A DNA stretch of 64,000 nucleotides from the NCBI GenBank assembly GCA_038087875.1, contig CM075997.1, positions 5,396,001 to 5,460,000 on the forward strand. The letters run 5' to 3'. Made by a program: the position numbers and the translations under genes. This DNA comes from Malacoraja senta (taxonomy: Eukaryota). Positions 11,700 to 23,355 of the stretch are shown here, piece after piece. Positions within the stretch are counted from its first letter, which is position 1. Every line of letters begins with the position of its first letter. The notes beneath the pieces are model-generated. The model saw only the letters and a list, made by a program, of their open reading frames with translations, searched no databases and was not told where the DNA came from.

Positions 11700-11930
11700 A
11701 GCAATGATCTATTCTACATTTTCCTTGATCTCCATCCCCTTTGTCCTGGTTTCACACCTTGTGCTTCCTTATCGATGTACCTCCCTCTCCCCTGACATCA
11801 GTCTGAAGGAGGGTCTCGACCCGAAACGTCACCTATTCCTTTTCTCCAGAGATGATGCGCTGTCCCGCTGAGTTACTCCAGCATTTGGTGTCTATCTTTG
11901 TTTTAAACCAGCATCTGTAGTTCCTTTCTA
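11700..11930 (+). mobile_element. Penelope-derived terminal repeat with hammerhead-like core
   Basis: GTCTGAAGGAGGGTCTCGACCCGAAACGTCACC...GAGTTACTCCAGC. Confidence 0.7.
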
Positions 11931-12663
11931 CGCCGGTGGTTGGATTGGCTGGAGATGTCGGGCACGAGGAGCAAGGGCTGGTGGGAGGGTGAACCAGAGT
12001 AATGGCTGCACCGTCTTCAACGTCGGCTGCAGGAGGCGTCCCCGGGATACAAAGATCGCCGGGCGAGGAGAGGTGAGGGAGGTCGGTTCGCTGGCCGACG
12101 TGGTCGAGGGCGACAGAGGTAGGCCCTGCAGGAGCCTGGGGCTCGCCTGGATGGGGATCCGCTCCAGTAGACCAAGCACACGGGCTTTGGAAATGGTGCC
12201 AAAACATGGCGGTGCCATTGAACCATTGAGATGTTTATAATATCACAGGATAACATGGAAGTGAGAAGGAGAATTAAATATGTGCAGCATCCCGTTGCAT
12301 GGTTCTCCTGTAATTATATTCCCTTTACAATTTTGTTTCTATGACAATTATTTATGGATAAAGGAACTTCCTAAGTGCCCAAGTTTGCAGCGCCAGTCTA
12401 GAGAGCTCCACCACTTCCCCTTAAATTCCCACTGCTAAGCTGAACGGTCCTGTGGCTGTTCAACGTCCTTCAGCGGTTGTGAGCAGTGGGCATCTCATCT
12501 TTACAAGGTTCAGGTGTGAACCAGTCACATTCTAGAGCATCCTGCTCATTGAAGTGCATTGATGCAAGCAACAGTACAAACAGCAATGATTGAATGATGC
12601 CATCATTGCCTGAGGTGTGTGTGGCCCTGGGATAAACTGGCCCACTTAGTTTGCGATTATATA

Positions 12664-13625
12664 TAGACAATAGACAATAGACAATAGACAATAGGTGCAG
12701 GAGTAGGCAATTCGGCCCTTCGAGCCAACACCGCCATTCAATGTGATCATGGCTGATCATCCCCAATCAGTACCCCGTTCCTGCCTTCTCCCCATATCCC
12801 TTGACTCCGCTATCTTTAAGAGCCCTATCTAGCTCTCTCTTGAAAGCATCCAGAGAACCTGCCTCCACCGCCCTCTGAGGCAGAGAATTCCACAGACTCA
12901 CCACTCTCTGTGAGAAAAAGTGTTTCCTCGTCTCCGTTCTAAATGGCTTACTCCTTATTCTTAAACTGTGGCCCCTGGTTCTGGACTCCCCCAACATCGG
13001 GAACATGTTTCCTGCCTCTAGCGTGTCCAAGCCCTTAACAATCTTATATGTTTCAATGAGATTCCCTCTCATCCTTCTAACCTCCAGTGTATACAAGCCC
13101 AGCTGCTCCATTCGCTCAGCATATGACAGTCCCGCCATCCCGGGAATTAACCTTGTAAACCTACGCTGCGCTCCCTCAATAGCAAGAATGTCGTTCCTCA
13201 AATTAGGGGACCAAATCTGCACACAATACTCCAGGTGTGGTCTCACTAGGGCTCTGTGCAACTGCAGAAGGACCTCTTTGCTCCTATATTCGATTCCTCT
13301 TGTTATAAAGGCCAACATGCCATTCGCTTTCTTCACTGCCTGCTGTACCTGCATGCTTACTTTCATTGACTGATGAACAAGGACCCCCAGATCCCGTTGT
13401 ACTTCCCCTTTTCCCAACTTGACGCCATTTAGATAGTAATCTGCCTTCCTGTTTTTGAATCAAAATGGATTACGTGACATTTATCCCCATTAAACTTCAT
13501 CTGCCATGCATCTGCCCACTCCCCCAACCTGTCCAAGTCACCCTGTATTCTTATAGCATCCTCCTCACAGTTCACAATGACACCCAGCTTTGTGTCATCT
13601 GCAAATTTGCTAATGTTACTTTGAT
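12664..13625 (-). mobile_element. CR1 LINE 3' ~1 kb (RT C-terminus)
   Basis: ORFs ISKFADDTKL and 216-aa RDLGVLV...LVRPHLEYCVQ...RGNLIETYK; TATTGTC repeat tail. Confidence 0.9.
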
Positions 13626-13627
13626 TA

Positions 13628-13980
13628 TTGCACACACATTTCTATCGCTGCTTCCAAAAGCATTGTACCCCCACTGCAATGCGTACCTACAGTACGCAAA
13701 CCCACAGTATCGCATACCCACAGTATTGCATTCCCACTGTAATGCACCGCTGTTGGAATTGCACCTCTGCTGCCTCAGTTTTGCAGCGCTGTGGTATTGT
13801 ACAGCCATCGTATTGCACCATTGCATGACTGCTCACTGTAATATTGCACCTCTGCAGCAAAGCACAGTCTAAGTACCACACCTCCCAATATTGCAGCAGC
13901 ACAGTACTGCACCGTTGTAGTATTACACCATCAGCATTGCATTGCTGCTGAATTGCACCACTGCAATATTGCATCAAAGC
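13628..13980. repeat. Degenerate low-complexity TGCA/ATTGCAC repeat tract
   Basis: Dense imperfect repeats of ATTGCA(C/G)/TGCAGC. Confidence 0.55.
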
Positions 13981-14069
13981 TGAATTTAAGTTTACAAAGT
14001 GGCTTTGGAGCCACATTCTTCAGAGTTAGTTAATAGAGATACTGATAAGGTTTGATAAAGTTCCACACT

Positions 14070-16070
14070 TTATAAGTGATAGGAGTAGAATTAGGCCTTT
14101 CGGCCCATCAAGTTTACTCTGCCATTCAATCATGGCTGATCTATCTCTCCCTCCTAACCCCATTCTCCTGCCTTCTCCCCATAACCTCTGACACCCGTAC
14201 TAATCAAGAATTTATCTATCTGCTTTAAAAATACCCATTGACGGCCTCCACAGCCTTCTGTGGCAATGAATTCCACAGATTCACCACCTTTGACTAAAGA
14301 AATTCCTTCTCATCTCCGTCTTAAAGGAACATCCTTTAATTCTGAGGCTTTGACCTCTGGTCCTAGACTCTTCCTGCACTGGGATCCAAGGAGAGCTAGC
14401 CAACTGGATGGCAATGGATGGAAGCAGAGGGTGCTGGTGGAAGGTTGCTTTTCAGGCTGGAGGCTTGTGATGAGTGGTGTGCCTCATGGTTCAGTCCTGG
14501 ACCCATTGCTGCCTGTGGTTTATACCAACGATTTGGGATGAGAACGTACAAGGCATGATGAGCAAGTTAGCAGATGACACTAAAGTGGGTGGCACTGTAG
14601 ATAGTGATGATGGATCTTAATCAGTTGGGCTGAGGAATGGACTTCAATACAGATCAGTGTGAGATGTTGCATTTTGGGAAGCTAAATTAGGGCAGGACCT
14701 GTTTGTCATCTATATCAATGATTTGGATGACAACATACACTTCAAGATTCGCAAGTTTGCAGATGATACGGAAGTGGGTGGATTTGCAGATAGCGAAGGT
14801 GGTTGTGAAAAATTGCAGCAGGATCTGGATCGATTGGACAAGTGGGCTGAGGAATGGTTGATGGAATTTAATACAGAGAAACGTGAGGTGTTGCATTTTG
14901 GGAAGTCTAACATGGGCAGGACCTACACAGTGAGGGGTGAGGCTCTGGGGAGTGTTGTAGAGTAGCAGGATCCAGGAGTACAGGTGCATGGTTCCTTGAA
15001 GATTGAGTCACAGGTAGATAAGGTGGTCAAAAAGGCTTTTGGCACATTGGCCTTCATCAGTCAGAGTATTGAGTATAGATGATGGGAGGTCATGTTGCAG
15101 TTGTATAATATGTTGGTGAGGCTGCATTTAGAGTATTGTGTTCAGTTCTGGGCACCATGTTATAGCAAAGATGTTGTCAAGCTGGAAAGGGTGCAGAGAA
15201 GATTTACGAGGATGTTGCCAGGACTAGAGGGCCTGAGCTATAGGGAGAAGTTGAGTAGGCTGGGACTCTATTCCTTGGAACGCAGAGGATGAGGGGTGAT
15301 CTTATTGAGGTGTATAAGATCATGAGAGGAATAGATCGGGTAGGTGCAGAGTCTCTTGCCCAGAGTCGGTGAGTCGAGGACCAGAGGACATACGTAGGTT
15401 TAAGGTGAAGGGGAAAAGATTTAATAAGAATCTGAGGGGTAACTTTTCCACACAGAGGGTGGTGGGTGTATGGAACAAACTGCCGGAGGAGGTAGTTAGA
15501 AACATAGTAAATAGCCATTCAATATGATCACGGCTTATCATCCAAAATATGTACCCAGTTCCTGCTTTTTCCCCATATCTCTTAATTCCCTTAGCCCTAA
15601 GAGCTAAATCTAACTCTCTCTTGAAAACATCCAGTGAATCGGCCTCCACTGCCTTCTGTGAGAATTCCACAGACTCACAACTCTCTGGGTGAAAAAGTTT
15701 TTCCTCGTCTCAGCCTTAAATGGCCTCCCTCTTATTCTTAATCTGTGACCCCTGGTTCTGGACTGCTTTCAAGAGAGAGCTAGATAGGGCTCTTAAAAAT
15801 AGCGGAGTCAGGGGATATGGGGAGAAGGCAGGCACGGGGTACTGATTGGGGCTGATCAGCCATGATCACATTGAATGGCGGTGCTGGCTCGAAGGGCCGA
15901 ATGGCCTACTATTGCACCTATTGTCTATTGTTTATTATTGTCTATTGATTCCCCCAACATGGTGAACATTTTTCCTGCATCTACCCTGTCCAATCCTCTT
16001 AAGAATGTTATATATTTCTATAAGATATCCTCTCATCCTTCTAAATTCCAGCAAATACAAGCCCAGATCC
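14070..16070. mobile_element. Cluster of CR1 fragments (main copy on plus strand ~14380-15500)
   Basis: SGVPHGSVL, KFADDT, LQQDLDRL and LEYCVQFWAP motifs in ORFs 14260-15292. Confidence 0.85.
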
Positions 16071-16282
16071 TATTGGCATCCGCAGCAATCGCCCTGCTGC
16101 CCCAGCACACGGCAGCGAAGAAGATGGCACTGGCTACCACCGATTGGTAGAACATCTGCAGCATCTTACTGCAGATGTTGAAGGAGCGGAGCCTTCTCAA
16201 GGACATAGGTTTAAGGTGAAGGGGAAAAGATGACCTCCTGGGAAAAACATTGTTTGGAATAATTGAGCATTCCTCTAATCAG

Positions 16283-16578
16283 AAACTCCATCTCTCTGGG
16301 TGAGTCAGAGCACACTGTCATCAGACAACAGTCATATTCCTGACCTAGACGTTCTACGAAAGGAATTATCAAAGAGAAGCCGCATTGTTGGCATCACTTC
16401 AGATCCGTCAGTCCCAGATGCTGCTCCAAATGGCCCAACAATTAGTAAACATTCAACATCGTTCATGATGAACAGAGCTACAGGAAGCGCAATCAGTGAG
16501 TTCAAATGCACCGCCCTCTGTAGAACAGATCATAGCATAACCCAAGTCACCAACACAATGATAAGAACATTTGACTCA
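16283..16578 (+). CDS. Candidate host coding exon (Ser/Thr-rich, unidentified)
   Basis: Non-repetitive island; ...CCTCTAATCAG acceptor, about 98 open codons, TCA|GTAAGA donor; no recognisable homology. Confidence 0.3.
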
Positions 16579-16691
16579 GTAAGATAGATCCCGGCATATA
16601 TCGTTTGTATAAAATGATGTGAGGCATAGATAGGGCAGACAGTCAGAACCTTTTTCCCCAAGGTGGAAATGTCAAAGACCAGAGGGTATGT

Positions 16692-17075
16692 TTTGGTTTA
16701 GTTGAGTTGAGAGATATAGTGTGGAAACAGGCCCTTTGGCCCACCGTGTCTATGCAGACCAGCGATCCCAGTTACACTAGCACACACTAAATCCAAGGCA
16801 CAATTTACAATTTTTACAATGCCAATACTAACACCGACCAGCGATCCCCGCACACTGACACTATCCTACACAAGGGACAATTTTTACATTTATACCAAAG
16901 CCAATTAACCTACAAACCCATGTGTCTTTGGAGTGTGGGAGGAAACCGGAGCACCCGGAGAAAACCCATGGTCACGGGGAGAACGTACAAACTCCGTACA
17001 GACAGCACCCGTAGTCAGGATCGAACCCGGGTCTCTGACTCTGTAAGGCAGCAACTCTACCGCTGCGCCACCGTT
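16692..17075 (-). mobile_element. V-SINE
   Basis: Reverse-complement SINE consensus. Confidence 0.85.
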
Positions 17076-17696
17076 CAGCCCCAAAGCTTTAAGTTGAGAG
17101 GGGCAAGGTTTAAAGAGATGTGTGGGCAAGATTTTTTACACAGAGGGTGGTGGGTGCCTGGAACGAGCTGCCAGGGGTGGTGGTGGAGGCAGATACAATT
17201 AGGTGTTTAAGAGGCTTTTGGTTAGGCACAGGGAATGGTGGGAAATGGATCAATTACAGGCAGATGAGATGAGTTTATTTTGGCATCATGGTCAGCACAG
17301 ACATTGTGGGCTGAAGGGCCTGTTCCTGTGCTGTACTCGTCTATGCAGACACAATGAACTCTAGATGCTGGTTTAGTGAAAGAGACACAAAGTGCTGGAC
17401 AGGCAACATATCTGGAGAAGATGGATAGGCAGCTGCACTTGTCTATGTTCTAACCCAACCATCCCACCACAACCAGAGAGCAGTGCTGAACTACTATCTA
17501 CCTCATTAGTGACCCTCGGACTATCCTTGATCGGATTTTGCTGGCTTTACCTTGCACTAAACGTTTTTCCCTTATCATGTAACTATACACTGTAAATGGC
17601 TCGATTGTAATCATGTATTGTCTTTCTGCTGACTAGTTAGCACGCAACAAAAGCTTTTCACTGTACCTCGGTACATGTGACAATAAACTAAACTGA

Positions 17697-18187
17697 ATAG
17701 ACAATAGACAATAGGGGCAGGAGTACGCTATTCGGCCCATCGAGCCAGCATCGCCATTCAATGTGATCATGGCTGATTAACCCCAATCAGCACCTCGTTC
17801 CTGCCTTCTCCCCATATCCCCTGACTCCGCTATCTTTAAGAGCCCTATCTAGCTCTCCCTTGAAAGTATCCAGAGAACCGGCCTCTGAGGCAGAGAATTC
17901 CACCGACTCACAACTGTGTGAAAAAGTGTTTCCTCATCTCCGTTCTAAATGGCTTACCCCTTATTCTTAAACTGTGGCCCCTGGTTCTGGACTGCCCCAA
18001 CATCGGGAACTTGTTTCCTGCCTCTAGCGTGTCCAAGCCCTTAATAATCTTATATGCTTCAATAAGATCCCTCTCATCCTAAACTCAAGAGTGTACAAGC
18101 CCAGCCGCTCCATTCTGTCAGCATATGACAGTCCCACCATCCCGGGAATTAACCTTGTAAACCTACGCTGCACTCCCTCAATAGCAA
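17697..18187 (-). mobile_element. CR1 3' fragment
   Basis: QRRFTRLIPGM...LGLYTLEF; TATTGTC tail. Confidence 0.85.
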
Positions 18188-18614
18188 CTTGACATAAGCA
18201 TAAAAAAGGTGATGAAAAATGAAAACAGCTTTCTGACTCATCACCTTCTGGAAATGACAACCTTTCTTCATGAATTAGAATCAGTCATAGGGTCATACAG
18301 CATGGAAACCTGCCCTTTTGACCAACTTGCCCATGCCAACCAAGATGCCCCATCTACACGTCCCATAAGCCAGCATTTGGTCCATATCCTCTAAACTTTT
18401 CCCATCCGTGTACCTGTCCAAATGTCTTTCAAACTTTATAGTACCTGCCTCAACTACCAGTTCTGGCAGTTTGCTCCATATGCCAACCTCACCCTATGTA
18501 AAAAAAAACATGCCCACACTTCTCCTTAACCTTTGCCCCTCTCACCTTAAAACACGGTGGTGCAGCAGTAGAGTTGCTGCCTTACTGTGCCAGAGACTTG
18601 GGGTTATGATATGA

Positions 18615-19278
18615 TGTGATACGATACGATAGAACTTTATGTATCCCAGGAGGGAAATTAATTTGCCAATAGTCATAAAAAACGCAAAATACATGAAACA
18701 TGAAACATGAAAATAAAGTGACGAGTGGTAAGGTTTTGGGGATGTGCAAAGATTGAGGAGGTGGGGAGGGGGGGTGGGGGGATGGGGGGGAGTCAGTCTA
18801 GGTCTGCCCCACGACAGAAGGGGAGGAGTTGTACAGTTTGATAGCCACAGGGAAGAAGGATTTCCTGTGGCGTTCTGTCCTGCATCTTGGTGGAACCAGT
18901 CTGCTGAAGGTTCTCCTCAGGTTGACCAGTGTGTCATGGAGGGGGTGTGAGCTGTATTGTCCAGGATGCTCTGCAGTTTGAGGAGCATCCTCCCCTCCAA
19001 GACCAACCTCCCGTGAATCCAACTCCAACTCCGCCCCCAGGATGGAGCCGGCCTTCCTGATGAGTTTGTTGATCCTGTTGGCGTCCACGGCTTTCGCCCT
19101 GCTGCCCCAGCACACGGCAGCGAAGAAGACGGCACTGGCTACCACCGATTGGTAGAACATCTGCAGCATCTCACTGCAGATGTTGAAGGAGCGGAGCCTT
19201 CTCAAAAAGTACAGCCGGCTCTGTCCCTTCTTGTACATGGCCTCAGCGTTCCTGGACCAGTCCAGTTTACTGTCCAGG
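18615..19278 (-). mobile_element. Rex/Babar-like LINE 3' fragment
   Basis: KLDWSRNAEAMYKKGQSRLYFLRRLRSFN...FFPVAIKLYN. Confidence 0.85.
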
Positions 19279-19830
19279 TTAGGAGGGAGAGATTGATCAG
19301 CCGTGATTGAATGACAGAGTGGACTTGATGGGCCGAATGGCCTCATTCCTATCACTTATGACTTTATGAGACCCGACTGGGTTTGCTTAATAGTTTGAAA
19401 AAAGTTGCTCCTCAAGTTCCTATTAAATCTTTCCCCTCTCATCTAGTTTTGGGGCCGTTGTAGATGGGGCATGTCGGTCAGTGTGGGCAAGTTGGGCCGA
19501 AGGGCCTGTTTCAACGCTGCATGACTATGACTTTATGGCTATGACTCGCCTTAAAATCTTTAAGTTCTAAGAAGTAGGTACATCCCTTTCATATTGTCCT
19601 ATCTTATTTGCTTTTTTCTCTTTTTTTCTCTTCTTCTTTAACTACTTCTTGTGGTTTAGGTTCACATGTGTGTTCCTGGGCCACTTTTTCATTCACTCAC
19701 TGACTGTCTTTGCTAGCTCTTTATATCCTTTCTTTCTATTAAAGTAGAAAAACAGAAGTGGTACAAGAACTGTATAAATTTACGTTATTGCAGATTACTG
19801 TAATGATACTTCTAATAAAAAAACACTAAA

Positions 19831-19990
19831 ACAAATAAATAAATAAATAAATAAATAAATAGATAGATAGATAAATAAATAAATAAATAAATAGATGGAT
19901 AGATAGATAGATAAATAAATAAATAAATAGATAGGTAGATAGATAAATAAATAAATAAATAGATAAATAAATAAATAAAATAGATAAATA
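19831..19990. repeat. (TAAA)n/(TAGA)n compound microsatellite
   Basis: Directly visible. Confidence 0.95.
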
Positions 19991-20271
19991 ACGTCTTTAA
20001 GTTCTCACCCCCACCCCCGCTCTCTCCTCGCCACCTCCTCATATCTTTTAGGCTCAATGTCAATTCCAGCGAAAAAGAAAAAGCACAAAGTAGCTACTAA
20101 TGCATCTGTTTCCATCCCTCTAAGTCTGTGTAGTGGAGGCCGAGGGTTAACTTTTAGTTTAGTTTTGTTTAGTTTGGAGATACAGTGCAGAAACGGGCAC
20201 TTTGTCCAAAACACAGCACATACCTTTGCTTAATACTAGGAACTCCAGTGCATTACCAAGGAATTACTAAG

Positions 20272-20800
20272 GCACAGTAGAGAGCATGCTGACCGGTTGC
20301 ATCGTGGCTTGGTTCGGCAACTTGAGCGCCCTGGAGCGGAAAAGACTACAAAAAGTAGTAAACACTGCCCAGTCCATCATCGGCTCCGACCTCGCCACTA
20401 TCGAGTGGATCTATCGCAGTCGCTGCCTCTAAAAGGCTGGCAGTATCATCAAGGACCCACACCATCCTGGTCACACACTCATCTCTCCGCTACCTTCAGG
20501 AAGAAGGTACAGGAGCCTGAAGACTGCAATGTCCAGGTTCAGGAATAGCTGCTTCCCCACAGCAATCAGGCTATTAAACTCAACTCAAACAAAACTCTGA
20601 ACATTAATAGCCCATTATTTGTTTATTTGCACTTTATCAGTTTATTTATTCATGTGTGTATATATTTATATAATGGTATATGGACACACTGATCTGTTCT
20701 GTATTCATGCCTACTATATTCTGTTGTGCTGAAGCAAAACAAGAATTTCATTGTCCTATCTGGGACACATGACAATAAACTCTCTTGAATCTTGAATCTT
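20272..20800 (+). mobile_element. Rex/Babar-like LINE 3' end
   Basis: Same family as 41866-42540; ends GACAATAAACTCTCTTGAATCTTGAATCTT. Confidence 0.85.
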
Positions 20801-20933
20801 AAATCTTGAGTTGAGGTGTGAGACCAGAGGTGTATCAGCCTGTTTCGTTGAGCATTTTGAAAATGAGCAGGGGATCTTTCCCAGCTTCCTGAACTAATAT
20901 TTTCAAGAGTCAAGAGAGTTTAATAGGTATAGA

Positions 20934-20987
20934 GGGGTGGGAGATTGCAACCTTCACGTGGTCCGCCCTGTTTCGACGAATGCAATC
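20934..20987 (+). ncRNA. Predicted minimal HDV-like (CPEB3-type) self-cleaving ribozyme
   Basis: P1 GGGGUGG/CCGCCCU with G1-U wobble, P2 GAUUGCA/UGCAAUC, P3 ACC/GGU, L3 UUCACGU, tiny P4 (UUCG), J4/2 CGAA with putative catalytic C20977. Confidence 0.8.
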
Positions 20988-21081
20988 AACCTGGCATGCA
21001 CAATCAAATAAGATCAAATAGAACAAGTGGTCCTACAACTTTAGGCCATACAAGTCGTCCTACAACGACATACGCAAGAAG
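20934..21081 (+). mobile_element. Short non-autonomous retroelement (ribozyme head, Vingi-like tail), copy 1
   Basis: 12-bp TSD AATAGGTATAGA (20922-20933 and 21082-21093); 3' end CATACGCAAGAAG; second copy at 36901-37055. Confidence 0.85.
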
Positions 21082-21174
21082 AATAGGTATAGAAATGAAA
21101 CAGCAAAATATCATACTAGTAGAAGCATAACTGGCAGCACAATGGCACAGCGGTAGAGTTGCTGCCTTACCTAG

Positions 21175-21575
21175 AAACATAGAAACATAGAAAATAGGTG
21201 CAGGAGCAGGCCATTCGGCCCTCCGAGCCAGCACCGTCATTCAATATGATCATGGCTGAACATCCAAAATCAGTACCCTGTTCCTGCTTTCTCCCCATAT
21301 CCCTTGATTCCGTTAGCCCTAAGAGCTAAATCCAACTCTCTTGAATACTATTTACATAAGGTCATAAGGAATAAGAGTAGAATTAGGGCAAGTCTACTCT
21401 GCCATTCAAGAATGGCTGATCTATCTCTCCCTCCTAACCCCATTCTCCTGCCTTCTCCCCATAACCTCTGACACCCGTACTAATCAAGAATCTATTTCTG
21501 CCTTAAAAATATCCACTGACTTGGCCTCCACAGCCTTTGTGGCAAAGAATTCCACAGATTCACCACCCTCTGACT
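21175..21575 (-). mobile_element. Two CR1 3' ends
   Basis: CATAGAAA tail repeats and CR1 3' UTR. Confidence 0.75.
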
Positions 21576-21589
21576 GAACATGCTAAATA

Positions 21590-21880
21590 ATTCAATACAA
21601 AACCCACCACCATAGTACAAGTAAATCAAAAATTCTTAAATAGTCCAGCGGTCCCGGAAATCCCCCAGGGCGCCCGTGGACAGCGCAGGTTCCTTCCCTC
21701 GTATCACCTGGGAGCGGACGTAACCCCGGAAAAGGGGCAGGCAGCCGGCTCGGGCAGAACCCTCTTCCGCCTGGCGCCGTGACTCGCGGATGGATGGCCA
21801 GCTTGGCCAGGCCCAGGAGCAACCCGACCAGGACATCTTCAACTCTACCCTCTCCCCTACGCACAGGATGTCCAAAGATG
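21590..21880 (-). mobile_element. Probable L1/Tx1-clade ORF2 C-terminal fragment
   Basis: DVLVGLLLGLAKLAI...RRQA...LFRGYVRS...FRDRW motif. Confidence 0.5.
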
Positions 21881-22187
21881 TGGAGAGGTCGATGCGGCGG
21901 TCAATGATGGCCGACTGACGAGGAAGGACACGTGGAAGTGGGGACGCCGCTGCCGGGGGGGAGGACCGCCGTGAGGGAGGGGAAAGTCCGATGGACAATG
22001 GGGGGACTGTCATGAAGGAGGGGGGAGGGGCAGAGGAACAAAGGGGGACCTGGCGAAGGGGAATTTGTAACTTTGTAACTGTCCTTTATGTGGCGACTAT
22101 TTGCATACCTTGGCTACGCAAGCAACGAATGTCACTATGACTTGTCACATGTGACAATAAGGTAATTAATTCAATTCAATTCAATGA

Positions 22188-22459
22188 TAGCGCCAGAGAC
22201 CTGGGTTCGATCCTGACAGCAGGTGCTGTCTTTATGGAGTCCGTACGTTCTCCCCGTGCCCTGCGTGGGTTTCTCCTGGAGCCACGGTTTCCTCCCACAC
22301 TCCAAAGACGGACATGTTTGTAAGTTAGTTGGCTTGGTGTTCCTAATTGTCCCTAATGTGTGTCGGATAGTGTTAGTGTGCGGGGATCGCTGGTCGGTGC
22401 GGACTCGGTGGGCCGAAGGGCCTGTTTCCACGCTGTATTTCTAAACTAAACCAAACTAA
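22188..22459 (+). mobile_element. 5'-truncated V-SINE
   Basis: B box GGGTTCGATCC through CTAAA tail. Confidence 0.85.
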
Positions 22460-22544
22460 AGGTCTGTAAACACAGTTCACAATAAATAATGTAATAAAAC
22501 TAACGTAAAAAGTTCAATAAATTAAAAAAAATACAATATGAATG

Positions 22545-22629
22545 CAAATTAAACCAAAAGCCCAAAGTCCCTGGTGCAACCAAGACCACCAGGGTTGCAC
22601 CAGGGACTTTGGGCTTTTGGTTTAATTTG
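22545..22629. repeat. Perfect 37-bp inverted repeat with 11-nt spacer
   Basis: CAAATTAAACCAAAAGCCCAAAGTCCCTGGTGCAACC and its exact reverse complement at 22593-22629. Confidence 0.95.
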
Positions 22630-22633
22630 GCAG

Positions 22634-23355
22634 GATGGCAGCCTCACCAACAATCTGTCTGTCTCTGTCTTCTTTTCATTATTTTTTGTGTGTTTTAAAA
22701 GTATGTGTTAATGTTCTCTGGCTTGTTTTATGTGGGGGGTGGGGGAGGGGGTCGGGGGAAACTTGTTTTCAATCTCTTACCTTGCCGGAGATGCGATTGT
22801 TTTCCGGATTGTATCTCCTGTCGCTCTGCGGCCTAACATCATGGAGCTGGCGGCCTTGCTCGGGACTGACTTTGAGCCCCAACGCGGGGACGTGGACTTA
22901 CCATCGGAGCCGATCCCTTGCCTGCGGATTTCACCATCGAGGAGCTCGCAGTCTCGGGTAGAGACCGATGTCGGGAAGCTCCAAACGACGCAGAAGGATT
23001 CGACCAGCCCCGACTTGGGGTCAGATTGCCCGGCGCGGGGAAGCTGAGATTCCCCCCAATACAGGAACTTTTTCGCCCCGATGCAGAGGGCCCGACTGCC
23101 GGCTACAGGAGCCAAGATTGACCCGTCATCGGAAAGCTTGAGGCCCCCTACCACGGGAGAACAAAGAAGGGAAGAGATGGAACTTTTTTTTTGCCTTCCA
23201 TCACAGTGAGGAATGTGGAGGAGTCACTGTGGTGGATGTTTATGTTAAAATGTTTTTTGTGTGTTCTGTTGATTTTTATTGGTATGACTGTATGGCAAAC
23301 GAAATTCATCGTATGTTGCAAAACATACTTGGCTAATAAAGTATGATTATGATTA
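22634..23355 (+). mobile_element. GC-rich non-autonomous element with LINE-type tail, copy B
   Basis: Shares GATGGC..CCTC.CCAAC start, CTGCGGCCTAACATCATGGAGCTGGCGGCC core and TGTTGCAAAACATA.TTGGCTAATAAA tail with 4476-6610. Confidence 0.75.

Noticed and set aside
12300..12660. Unique island with TTTGCAG acceptor as a coding exon
   Set aside because: Stops in all three frames shortly after the acceptor
19812..20063. Hydrophobic FIYL-repeat ORF
   Set aside because: Translation of the TAAA/TAGA microsatellite
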